The position numbers were made by a program, and so were the translations under genes. From a bacterium (GTDB taxonomy: Bacteria > Acidobacteriota > Blastocatellia > HR10), in NCBI GenBank assembly GCA_041640655.1, contig JBEPZV010000001.1, positions 154,845-218,844 of the forward strand: a stretch of 64,000 bases of DNA. Reading direction: 5' to 3'. Below are positions 19,541 through 28,371 of the stretch, piece after piece (the first letter of the stretch is position 1; each line of letters starts with the position of its first letter). The notes beneath the pieces were generated by a model. The model did no database searches. It worked only from the letters and a program-made list of their open reading frames with translations, and was not told where the DNA came from.

Positions 19541-20770
19541 ATGAGGCGCATGACCCTCGAGGAGATCAATCGCCACATCCGGCTGATCGCGGAACAGCTG
19601 AAGGCGTTCATGCGCTCGGAGCAACGCGCGCTCCTGCGATCGGCGCTTTTTGACGTCCCCCGCCGCTCCTCGCTCGGATGGGAATGCCTCTACCGCACGG
19701 CCTATCCGCTGCTGGCGGACCTCACGTCGGTCGTCACGCCTGAGGAGATCGGACGCCGGATGAAGCGCGTGTGCGCGCGCCCGAATTTCCTCACGCTGAG
19801 CATTCTGATCTGCTGCTACCTCGGGGGACGCCAGCAGCGGATCCTCGATCTCGGCGTGCGACCGGGAGAGCCCTTCCCCGAGGATGATCCCGAGCAGATC
19901 GGCTTCGTCCTCGACTTCTGGTGGCGCGTCTGCCGCACCTATCGCGAGGATGGTGCCCTCTTGCCGGAAGAGCGAGGAGGGACGATGCCGATCCTGCCGG
20001 CCGGAACGATCGCTCGACTCCGCGCGCTGCTGGTCGAGACGGATCCGCTCACGGTGAAACGCCTTCGTCGTCTGGCGGCGACGCTGGAGCTGTACGCGTT
20101 CATCCTGCACGGGGAGCAACGCGATGGCCTCTTCGCGCACGGCCCGTACGCGCTGCAGGAGCGGGCGGGCACCCCACGCGATCTCCGGATCGCGTGGGGA
20201 CCCCGGGAGGTGCTCGTCATTCGCGAGTTCACCGACCTGCAGAACAGTTATCTCCCCTGGGCGCAGACGCGCGCGCGGAACCTCTACCCGAATCTGGCGC
20301 TCGCGCTCCAGCTTCGGGACGTGACGGCTCAGTTCGATCTCTTCGGAGGGGTGCGATTCGATCCCCCGGAATATGCTGATCGCGTTCGCGCCGTCGCGTT
20401 GGTGACCGTGGCCGACAATGGGGAGATCCGAGCCGTCCCTTTCGAGGAGATCGAGGAGATCGAACGCCGCGCGGCCGACGCCCAGATGGAGCTGTATCAA
20501 CGCGCGCTCTGCTGGTCGCCGCGCTTCAAGATCGAATACGGCCTCTACCTGTTCGCGAACCACGTGAAGGCGTTCTTCGATCTGGCGGGGGTGGAGGCGG
20601 GCGAGCGCATTCGTCGGGCGTTCGAAGAGGCCGCCGCTCCGTTCCTGCAGCGGTTGCTCGCCGATGCCGAACCACCATTCATCTGGCGGTTCATGGCGAC
20701 GACAGAAGGCGATTTCTTCTATCCGATCTCCGCGCAGATGCCCGAACGTGAGGGAGGAGAGGGGCGATGA
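19541..20770 (+). CDS. conserved hypothetical protein (paralog P2), carries an in-frame palindromic-element insertion
   Basis: Paralog of P1. Insertion GTPRDLRIAWGPRE (copy d) lies at a site where P1 has no insertion. Confidence 0.5.
   Translation: MRRMTLEEINRHIRLIAEQLKAFMRSEQRALLRSALFDVPRRSSLGWECLYRTAYPLLADLTSVVTPEEIGRRMKRVCARPNFLTLSILICCYLGGRQQRILDLGVRPGEPFPEDDPEQIGFVLDFWWRVCRTYREDGALLPEERGGTMPILPAGTIARLRALLVETDPLTVKRLRRLAATLELYAFILHGEQRDGLFAHGPYALQERAGTPRDLRIAWGPREVLVIREFTDLQNSYLPWAQTRARNLYPNLALALQLRDVTAQFDLFGGVRFDPPEYADRVRAVALVTVADNGEIRAVPFEEIEEIERRAADAQMELYQRALCWSPRFKIEYGLYLFANHVKAFFDLAGVEAGERIRRAFEEAAAPFLQRLLADAEPPFIWRFMATTEGDFFYPISAQMPEREGGEGR
20167..20204 (+). repeat. 38-nt palindromic element copy d (inside P2 coding sequence)
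   Basis: GGGCACCCCACGCGATCTCCGGATCGCGTGGGGACCCC; perfect 12-bp inverted arms. Confidence 0.85.
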
Positions 20771-22923
20771 GAGAGGAGAGCCTCTTGATGGTTCACCAGC
20801 AGGAGCCGCTTGGTCAGAGCGAGCCCGCTCGGGAATACTCCTGCGCTGTGGATACGGGGGGGACGTTCACCGACTGCGTCGTCGGCGATTCGGAGGGGAA
20901 TCTGGTCTTCGCCAAGAGCCCCTCGACGCCGCACGATTTTTCGGCGGGCTTCTTCGCCGCACTCGCCCTGGCGGCGGAGCAGCTTGGGCTCACGCTCACC
21001 GAACTGATGGCGCGCACGCGACGGCTCATGCACGGGACGACGGTGGGCACCAACGCCATGGTGGAGCTCAAAGGGGCGCGCGTGGGGTTGATCACGACGC
21101 GGGGGCATGGGGATGCCATCCTCATCATGCGCTCGGTGGGCCGCTCGGCGGGATTGCCGATCGAGCGGTTGCTGCATGTCTCCCGTCATCAGAAACCCCG
21201 GCCCCTCGTCCCCCGCCACCTCATTCGCGAGGTGAGCGAACGCGTGGACTGGCGCGGCGAGGTCATCGTGCCTCTGAATCGAGAAGAGGCGCGTCGCGCC
21301 ATCGAGGAGTTGCTGGAGCAGAAGGTCGAGGCCATCGCCATCGCCTTCCTCTGGGGATTCGTGAATCCCATCCACGAGCGCGAGGTTCGCCGCATGGTCG
21401 AGGAGATAGCGCCCGACCTCTTCGTCACCTGCGCGCACGAGTTGATCGCGAAGCCGGGCGAGTATGAGCGGACGGCGGCGACCGTGATCAATTGTTTCAT
21501 CGGGCCGAAGACGACGCAGTACATCCGCCGGGTGGAAGAGCGGGCTCGCGCGCTCGGCTGCACGGCTCCCCTCCTCATCATGCAAGCATCAGGTGGCGTC
21601 GCGCCGGCCCGGGAGATCCTGCGCGCGCCGTTGTTCACCATCGGCTCGGGGCCGGCAGGGGGCTTGATGGGATGCCAGTTCCTGGCCGAGACCCTCGGAC
21701 ATCCCCACGTCATCGCCACGGACATGGGGGGGACGAGCTTCGACGTCGGCCTCATCGTGGACGGGATGCCGCTGTCGGCGTCCGAGACCACACTCGAGCA
21801 GTACACCTTCTTCATGCCTCGCTTGGACATCCTCTCCATCGGCGCGGGCGGAGGATCCATCATCTGGATCGATGAGCGGAGCGGAACCCTGAAAGTCGGT
21901 CCGGAATCAGCGGGGGCAGACCCGGGACCCGCCTGCTACGGACGCGGAGGCACACGACCCACGGTGACCGATGCGGACCTCATCCTCGGCTATTACAATC
22001 CGGAGTTCTTCCTGGGGGGGAGGCTGACGCTCAATCCTGAAGCGGCTCACCACGCGATGCGCACGGTCGCCGACCCCCTCGGGTTGGACATCACCGAGGC
22101 GGCCGACGGAGCCACGCGGATCGTTGAGATGCAGATGGCCGATCTCATCCGGCAGATGACCATCCAGCGGGGATACGATCCGCGCGATTTCGTCATCTAC
22201 GCCTACGGCGGAGCCGCCGGCGCCCATGCGGCTGTCTACGCGCGGGAGTTGGGATGCCGCACGGTCGTCATCCCGCGCGGAGTCCTGGCCGCCACCTGGT
22301 CGGCCTTCGGGATCCTCTCGACGGATGTCCAGCACGTCTTCGAGAGATCGGAGCTGCTCATCGCACCCCTGGATGCGACGCGCGTCACGGAGATCTTCCT
22401 CGAGCTGGAAGAGCGAGCCCGCCGACAATTGTGCGAGGAGGGGGTGGCCGAGGATCAGATCCTCCTGCGCCGCTTCGCGGAGATGAAGTTCCGACTGCAG
22501 ATCCATCGCGTCGAGATCCCCGTCCCCGGTGGGATTCTGACCGATCAGGACATGCGCGATCTGGAGCAGGCATTCGTACAAAAGTACGAGACGCTCTATG
22601 GACGCGGATCGGCATTCACGGCGGCGGGCATGGAGATCGGCCTGCTGCGCGTGGTGGCGCTCGGGCGCATCGCTCGCGGGCCGTTGAAGCAGCTCTCCAC
22701 CGAGCACCGCAGCGGATGGACGCCCGTCGGACGGCGCCAGGTCTACTGGCGGGAACTCGGACGACGGATTCAAACGCCCATCTTCTCCGGGGAAGGGATC
22801 CCCCCTGAGACATCTCTGGAGGGTCCGGCGATCGTCGAACTGCCCGTGACGACCATCGTCGTCCGCCCGGGCGACCGCCTCACCACCGATGCATATGGGA
22901 ATTTCATCCTCACCCTCCCCTGA
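20767..22923 (+). CDS. hydantoinase A / acetone-carboxylase beta-like subunit (HyuA family)
   Basis: 718 aa; N-terminal AVDTGGTFTDCVV and ASKHD-superfamily ATPase motifs of hydantoinase A/oxoprolinase. Confidence 0.8.
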   Translation: MREESLLMVHQQEPLGQSEPAREYSCAVDTGGTFTDCVVGDSEGNLVFAKSPSTPHDFSAGFFAALALAAEQLGLTLTELMARTRRLMHGTTVGTNAMVELKGARVGLITTRGHGDAILIMRSVGRSAGLPIERLLHVSRHQKPRPLVPRHLIREVSERVDWRGEVIVPLNREEARRAIEELLEQKVEAIAIAFLWGFVNPIHEREVRRMVEEIAPDLFVTCAHELIAKPGEYERTAATVINCFIGPKTTQYIRRVEERARALGCTAPLLIMQASGGVAPAREILRAPLFTIGSGPAGGLMGCQFLAETLGHPHVIATDMGGTSFDVGLIVDGMPLSASETTLEQYTFFMPRLDILSIGAGGGSIIWIDERSGTLKVGPESAGADPGPACYGRGGTRPTVTDADLILGYYNPEFFLGGRLTLNPEAAHHAMRTVADPLGLDITEAADGATRIVEMQMADLIRQMTIQRGYDPRDFVIYAYGGAAGAHAAVYARELGCRTVVIPRGVLAATWSAFGILSTDVQHVFERSELLIAPLDATRVTEIFLELEERARRQLCEEGVAEDQILLRRFAEMKFRLQIHRVEIPVPGGILTDQDMRDLEQAFVQKYETLYGRGSAFTAAGMEIGLLRVVALGRIARGPLKQLSTEHRSGWTPVGRRQVYWRELGRRIQTPIFSGEGIPPETSLEGPAIVELPVTTIVVRPGDRLTTDAYGNFILTLP

Positions 22924-22955
22924 GCAGGGGGCTATCCCTTCGGAGGAGGACGACT

Positions 22956-25220
22956 ATGTCATCCATCGCGTGGGACGGCCGGCAATACCCCTACGTCTAT
23001 GGCCGAGAGCTGAAGATCGCTCCCGGCCTGAAACTCCACACGGAGGCGGTCGAGCGTATAGACCCGATCACCTACGAGGTCATCCGCCACGCCCTCTGGA
23101 ATATCAACGTCGAACACGGGCTGACCATCATGAAGATCTCCGGCTCCCCCATCTGCGCCTACGGGCATGACTTCAATCCCTGCCTCCTTGACGAGAAGGG
23201 GGATTTCGTCTTCTTCGGCCCGTTCCTTCAGTATCTCTCCTCGGCGACCAGCTCGGCGGTGAAGTGGACGCTGGAGTATCGCTCGGAGAATCCGGGGATC
23301 GAGGAGGACGACATCTTCTTGACGAACGATCCGTGGATCGGCGCGACCCATCAATCGGATGTGACGTTGATCGCGCCCGTCTTCTGGGAGGGGGAGCTGT
23401 TCTGCTGGGTGGGGAATACGCTGCACCAGTGGGATTTAGGGGGGACATCGCCCGGAGGGTTCAATCCCATGGCCCCCGATGTCTATTGGGAGGCCGGATG
23501 CATCCCCCCGATCAAGATCGTCGAACGCGGACGCTTGCGGCGCGATCTGGAGGAAGAGTACATCCGCCGGTCGCGAATGCCGGAACTGGTGGCCCTGGAT
23601 CTGCGCGCGGAGATCGCCGGCTGCCACGTCGCCCGCGAGCGCATCAAACAGTTGCTCGCGCGATACGGAGCCGCGACCGTCAAGGGCGTCATGCGCAAGC
23701 TTCAGGAGGATTCGGAGCGCGCCTTCGTGCGACGCTTGGCGACCATCCCCGATGGGACGTGGCGCGAGGTCGGATGGGTGGAGTGGGCGCACCCGGGCGA
23801 TCGGCGCGTGTACCGGAATTGCCTGACGCTCACCAAGCGCGGCGATCAGTTGATCTTCTCCAACGAGGGGACTGACCCACAAGCCGGCACGCTCAATTGC
23901 ACGCTCGTCGCCTGGAGGGGGGCCATCATGGCCATGGTCTCGGCGCAACTGCTCTTCGATCAGATGTTCGTCGTCGAAGGCGCCTATCGGCATGTCCAGT
24001 TCCAGGTGCAGCCGGGGACGCTCACGTGCGCGCTCTTTCCGGCCGCGGTGAGCGCTGCCCCCGCGCTCACGCTCCTTCAGACGATCGCCCTCTCGGGACT
24101 CGTGATCTCCAAGATGCTCGCCTGTTCGGACGATCCCGAGTTGCGGATGGAAGTCCAAAGCTGCATGGGCGCACCCATGTATCCGATCGCGGCCGTGAGC
24201 GGCCTCAATCAGCGGGGATCGCCCTACGTCTCCTTCCTGCTCGATCCGGTGGGAGCCGCCCTGGCCGGACTCTCCTGGCGAGATGGCGTGGATACGGGCG
24301 GCTGGCCCTGGGATCTGCAAAGCACCATGCCCAATGTCGAGGAGAACGAGTGGTTCTATCCGATCCTCTACCTCTGGCGTCGCGAGCTGCCCGATTCAGG
24401 CGGAGCGGGAATGTTCCGCGGTGGGAACGCCGCCGAATTGGCCTTCCTCCCTCATGGGACGGAACGCATCACGCTCTTCACCGCGACCGGACATTGCGCC
24501 GTCCCGGGACCGGGGCTGTTCGGCGGCTTCCCCACTTCGACGACGCGGTATGCCCTTGTTCGCAACACTCGCGCGCGATCACTCTTGTCCGCCGGACACG
24601 TGCCAGATCGCCTGGAGGTTCTCGGAGGACATGTGGAATATCTCCCGCCCAAGGCCTTCGACATCGTTCAGAATCCCGACGACGTCTTCATCATGTCCTG
24701 GGCCTCAGCGGGCGGCTACGGGGATCCGTTGCGGCGCGATCCTGAGCGCGTGGCCGAGGACTATCGCGAAGGGCGCTTGACCCGGGAGTGGGCGCAACGA
24801 GCCTATGGGGTCGTGCTCGATGAGACCGGAGCTGTCCTCGCGCCGGAGACGGAGCAGCTGCGCCAGCAGATGCGCCGGCATCGTATAGGAGCCGAGCCGA
24901 AGCCGCAAACGGCTCCTGATGAACCCGAGGCGCGCCTCTTGGCTGAAGGTCTGAAACTCGTCGGGGGATGGATCCGCTGCCGGTATTGCGATCATCCCCT
25001 CTCACCCCCGACGGAGAACTATAAGCGCCACTGCCTCCGAAAAAGCCTCTCCATTCAGGACGCGAACCCGCATATCCGCGATCCGAAGCTCTACATCGAA
25101 GAGACTCTGGAGTGGCGCCACTTCTACTGCCCGGGATGCGGCGCGCTCCTTCAGACGGAATTGGCGCGACCTTCGGATCCTCCCCTCTGGGACCTGCAGC
25201 TTGATCTCGGCGCGAAGTGA
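22956..25220 (+). CDS. hydantoinase B / acetone-carboxylase alpha-like subunit (HyuB family) with C-terminal Cys4 motif
   Basis: 754 aa HyuB-like. C-terminal CRYCDHP...CPGCGA resembles Zn-binding motifs of ATP-dependent ketone carboxylases. Confidence 0.8.
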   Translation: MSSIAWDGRQYPYVYGRELKIAPGLKLHTEAVERIDPITYEVIRHALWNINVEHGLTIMKISGSPICAYGHDFNPCLLDEKGDFVFFGPFLQYLSSATSSAVKWTLEYRSENPGIEEDDIFLTNDPWIGATHQSDVTLIAPVFWEGELFCWVGNTLHQWDLGGTSPGGFNPMAPDVYWEAGCIPPIKIVERGRLRRDLEEEYIRRSRMPELVALDLRAEIAGCHVARERIKQLLARYGAATVKGVMRKLQEDSERAFVRRLATIPDGTWREVGWVEWAHPGDRRVYRNCLTLTKRGDQLIFSNEGTDPQAGTLNCTLVAWRGAIMAMVSAQLLFDQMFVVEGAYRHVQFQVQPGTLTCALFPAAVSAAPALTLLQTIALSGLVISKMLACSDDPELRMEVQSCMGAPMYPIAAVSGLNQRGSPYVSFLLDPVGAALAGLSWRDGVDTGGWPWDLQSTMPNVEENEWFYPILYLWRRELPDSGGAGMFRGGNAAELAFLPHGTERITLFTATGHCAVPGPGLFGGFPTSTTRYALVRNTRARSLLSAGHVPDRLEVLGGHVEYLPPKAFDIVQNPDDVFIMSWASAGGYGDPLRRDPERVAEDYREGRLTREWAQRAYGVVLDETGAVLAPETEQLRQQMRRHRIGAEPKPQTAPDEPEARLLAEGLKLVGGWIRCRYCDHPLSPPTENYKRHCLRKSLSIQDANPHIRDPKLYIEETLEWRHFYCPGCGALLQTELARPSDPPLWDLQLDLGAK

Positions 25221-25252
25221 CCGCCCGACCTTCGCCGACAAGGAGACCGACG

Positions 25253-25597
25253 ATGAGGAAAATCGGGGAAGGGGAGCCGACGTCCGGACACGGCGCCGTC
25301 GGCATCTTGCGCAAAGTCGAAACCTTGGAGGACGTCCTGCGGTTGATGGAGATCGATCTCTCGGAGACGATCGTCTTCACTCCCTCGGCCTCGGTGACGG
25401 CCATCACGCCGATCCTTCCCAAGATCCGAGGGCTCATCTGCGCTTCCGGAGGCTTCACGTCGCATCTGGCGATCGTCGCCCGGGAGTTCGATCTGCCGTG
25501 CCTGATGGGAAGCCACCTCGAGGAGGTGAGCGCCCTCGAAGGACGTCGCGTGCGATTCACGGCCCAAGGGGAGATCTTTCTCGAGGACGATGTCTGA
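25253..25597 (+). CDS. PEP-utilizing enzyme mobile (phosphohistidine) domain protein, stand-alone
   Basis: GGFTSHLAIVAREFDLPCL matches the phosphohistidine swivel-domain signature; ATG 25253 after AAGGAGA. Confidence 0.7.
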   Translation: MRKIGEGEPTSGHGAVGILRKVETLEDVLRLMEIDLSETIVFTPSASVTAITPILPKIRGLICASGGFTSHLAIVAREFDLPCLMGSHLEEVSALEGRRVRFTAQGEIFLEDDV

Positions 25598-26468
25598 ACG
25601 GCGCCCGAAGATTTACCTGAATCTGAGCTTCCCCCAATTGGCCGCTCGGTACGCGCATCTTCCCGCCGATGGCGTCGGGCTCTTGCGCGCCGAATTCCTC
25701 GCCCTCTCGCTGGGTGTCCATCCGAAGCAGCTCCTCGCCGAAGGGGGGGCGGAGACCTTCATCCGAGCCTTCGCCGAGGGAGTGATCGAGGTCGCGCGCC
25801 AGTTCTGGCCCCGACCGGTCACCTATCGCGCGCTCGACCTGAAATCGAACGAATATCGCGGCCTGCGCGGAGGCCAGCAGCTCGAGGAGCCGGAAGAGAA
25901 CCCCGCGCTCGGTCTGCGCGGATGCCGCCGCTATCTGGATGATCCGGAGCTCCTCCGCCTCCAAGCGCGCGCCGTACGAAGCGTCCATGAGGCCGGATGG
26001 ACCAACGTGCGCCTGATGCTCCCCTTCGTGCGCACCGTGTCGGAGGTCCTCGCCTGCCGCGAGATCCTTCAGCAGGAGGGGCTCTTCGAGAGAGGTATCC
26101 CCCTCTGGATCATGGTCGAAGTGCCCTCGGTCGTCTTCCTCATCGAACGATTCCTCCCGTTGGTGGACGGCGTCTCCATCGGAACCAACGATCTCACGCA
26201 GCTCATCCTCGGCGTGGATCGAGATAACCCGCGATTGATCCCCCTGTGGGATGAGCGCGACGACGCCATCATGCGCGCTATCGAATGGGTCGCGCGCGCA
26301 TGCCGGGAGAGCGCCCTGGAGTGCTGCGTCTGCGGCGATGCCCCCTCGCGACGCCCGGAGCTGATCCCCCAGCTGCTGCAACTGGGCCTCACGGCCCTCT
26401 CGGTCTCCCCCGAGGCCTTTGAGCGAACGCTTCGAATCGTGCGCGAGAGAGAGCCCGGCTCAGGGTGA
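25590..26468 (+). CDS. PEP-utilizing enzyme C-terminal TIM-barrel (PEP/pyruvate-binding) domain protein, stand-alone
   Basis: PEP-synthase C-terminal domain motifs (GLLRAEFL, SIGTNDLTQ, CGDAPS); no ATP-grasp domain present. Confidence 0.7.
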   Translation: MSERRPKIYLNLSFPQLAARYAHLPADGVGLLRAEFLALSLGVHPKQLLAEGGAETFIRAFAEGVIEVARQFWPRPVTYRALDLKSNEYRGLRGGQQLEEPEENPALGLRGCRRYLDDPELLRLQARAVRSVHEAGWTNVRLMLPFVRTVSEVLACREILQQEGLFERGIPLWIMVEVPSVVFLIERFLPLVDGVSIGTNDLTQLILGVDRDNPRLIPLWDERDDAIMRAIEWVARACRESALECCVCGDAPSRRPELIPQLLQLGLTALSVSPEAFERTLRIVREREPGSG

Positions 26469-27120
26469 GCCGCTAGCGTACGTCGCTCGCCCAGAGCCGC
26501 GAGCCTTCTTGCTCCCATCACCCTCCCCGGGTTCCCCACCCTATCCCCCATCGCCACGATTTCCGCCTCATCTCAGTCCGTGCGGGGACGTCCGCTGCTG
26601 CTCTCGCTCTTGTTTCGTCCGTCGGCCCGCCGGATCCCCGGTCACCTCTCCATCCCCTCTGAATCCGACGCCTTTCAGGAACCGCCGCTGTGCCGGAAGC
26701 CACGACAGGCTCGATCGCGCATCATCGGGCGAAAATCCCTATATCCACATGAGCCTCCGCACGCTCATACCCGAAGCAGACGGCATCGGAACGTAGATCC
26801 CAGGTCGACCGCCTCGCCCACAACCTGCGAGGCAGCTCCCGCAGCAGATGCCTCAGCCTTCGACCATATCGGGGGCATCGGGTTTGGGCCGCGTCCTCCG
26901 ACAGGCGAAGCGCGCTCCCCATCCCACATCGGGGGGAGGGAGTCGGTCCGAGGATCCGCTCTTCGGGCTTTAAAACGAGCTTCGGTATGCCTTATGATTG
27001 ATCTTCCACAGGAGCGAGCACGATGTGTGAGCTGGACATGGAGAGAATGGCTCAGCGTGGGCATCCTGTGATCGGCGCGCGCTTCGCTCCGAGCGCGCTC
27101 TCTCAATAGGGAGGATCGCG

Positions 27121-28371
27121 ATGGCCTTCACCATGAAGGATCTCCACGATTTGATTCGGATCTTGGAGAAGCATCCGGAGTGGCGCACGGAACTGCGGCG
27201 GCTCCTTCTGACCGATCAGCTGCTGGAGCTGCCCGTCATCGTTCGCGAGTTGGCCGAAGCACAGCGACGAACGGAGGAACGCGTGGAGGCGTTGGCCGAG
27301 GCGCAGCGGCGGACGGAAGAACAGGTGCGGGCCTTGACGCAGCAGGTGCAGGCCTTGGCCGAGGCGCAACGGCGGACGGAGGAGCGGGTCAGTCGGGTGG
27401 AGGAAGAGCTGGCCAAGTTGGCCGAAGCGCAACGGCGGACGGAAGAACAGGTGCGGGCCTTGACGCAGCAGGTGCAGGCCTTGGCCGAGGCGCAACAGCG
27501 GACGGAGGAGCGGGTCAGTCGGGTGGAGGAAGAGCTGGCCAAGTTGGCCGAAGCGCAACGGCGGACGGAAGAACAGGTGCGGGCCTTGACGCAGCAGGTG
27601 CAGGCCTTGGCCGAGGCGCAACAGCGGACGGAGGAGCGGGTCAGTCGGGTGGAGGAAGAGCTGGCCAAGTTGGCCGAAGCGCAACGGCGGACGGAAGAAC
27701 AGGTCCGGGCCTTGACCGAGGCGCAGCGACGAACGGAAGAACAGGTGCGAGCCTTGACTGAAGCGCAGCGGCGGACGGAGGAGCAGGTGCAAGCCTTGAC
27801 CGAAGCGCAGCGGCGGATCGAACAGCAAGTCGCCGATCTGGTGGCCGCTCAACAGCGCACCGAGCGCACCTTGCAACGCCTCCTCGAATGGCAACAGGGC
27901 GAAGCGGGACGGCGCGAGGGCGAGCGATACGAGCGGCGCATCGTGGTGCGCGCGCCCAACCTGTTCTTCGGTGGCGAGGGCGGTGCACCCGGGGAGCCGG
28001 ATGTGCGTCGTCAACTCAGCCGGTGGCTTCACCCGTTCTATCGAGAGGGTCGAGCCCCGGATCCCCCCGCCGATCCTCTCCTGGCCGACCTCATTTGGTG
28101 GAAAGGAGAGGAAGTGTTCGTCGTGGAGGTGTCGCAGAAAGTGGACCCTCAGGACATCCACCGCGCCCGTCAACGAGCCGATACCTTGCGCGAAGCGGGC
28201 GTGAACGCCACACCGGCTGTGATCGGCGAGGAGTGGGCGACGCCGGAGTCACAGGCGCTGGCCCAACAGGAATCGGTGGAATGGTTGGTCGGCGGAGGCC
28301 TTTCCCAGGGGTTCCTGCGCTTCCGCCGCCTGTCAGCCGAGACGCTGGAAAATCCCCCACGCGAAGGATGA
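27121..28371 (+). CDS. coiled-coil repeat protein (paralog A) with C-terminal putative PD-(D/E)xK-like domain
   Basis: N-terminal conserved block [22 protein letters not shown], then repeats of AEAQRRTEE(R/Q)V..., C-terminal FVVEVSQK block; ribosome-binding site GGGAGG. Confidence 0.6.
   Translation: MAFTMKDLHDLIRILEKHPEWRTELRRLLLTDQLLELPVIVRELAEAQRRTEERVEALAEAQRRTEEQVRALTQQVQALAEAQRRTEERVSRVEEELAKLAEAQRRTEEQVRALTQQVQALAEAQQRTEERVSRVEEELAKLAEAQRRTEEQVRALTQQVQALAEAQQRTEERVSRVEEELAKLAEAQRRTEEQVRALTEAQRRTEEQVRALTEAQRRTEEQVQALTEAQRRIEQQVADLVAAQQRTERTLQRLLEWQQGEAGRREGERYERRIVVRAPNLFFGGEGGAPGEPDVRRQLSRWLHPFYREGRAPDPPADPLLADLIWWKGEEVFVVEVSQKVDPQDIHRARQRADTLREAGVNATPAVIGEEWATPESQALAQQESVEWLVGGGLSQGFLRFRRLSAETLENPPREG
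27292..27810 (+). repeat. intragenic tandem repeat: 126-nt unit x3 followed by about 42-nt units x3
   Basis: Near-identical nucleotide units gccgaggcgcaacggcggacggaggagcgggtcagtcgggtggaggaagagctggccaagttg... Confidence 0.8.

Noticed and set aside
26469-27120. About 650-nt intergenic regions (26469..27120 and 28372..29028), examined for tRNA or ncRNA
   Set aside because: No cloverleaf-compatible or known riboswitch-like structure recognisable by eye. A GC hairpin near 27075..27105 was noted but is not interpretable without covariance models.
27292-27810. Possibility that the tandem direct repeats are a CRISPR array
   Set aside because: Units are contiguous with no unique spacers. They are in-frame within a protein with conserved flanking domains, and the period (63/126 nt) encodes exact multiples of heptads.
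27180-27988. Alternative-frame and antisense ORFs through the coiled-coil tandem repeat (Gly/Ala/Arg or Ser/Cys-rich translations)
   Set aside because: These are artefacts of the repetitive, periodicity-3 DNA. Only the frame encoding heptad-like AEAQRRTEE repeats shares a conserved N- and C-terminal protein with its paralog.
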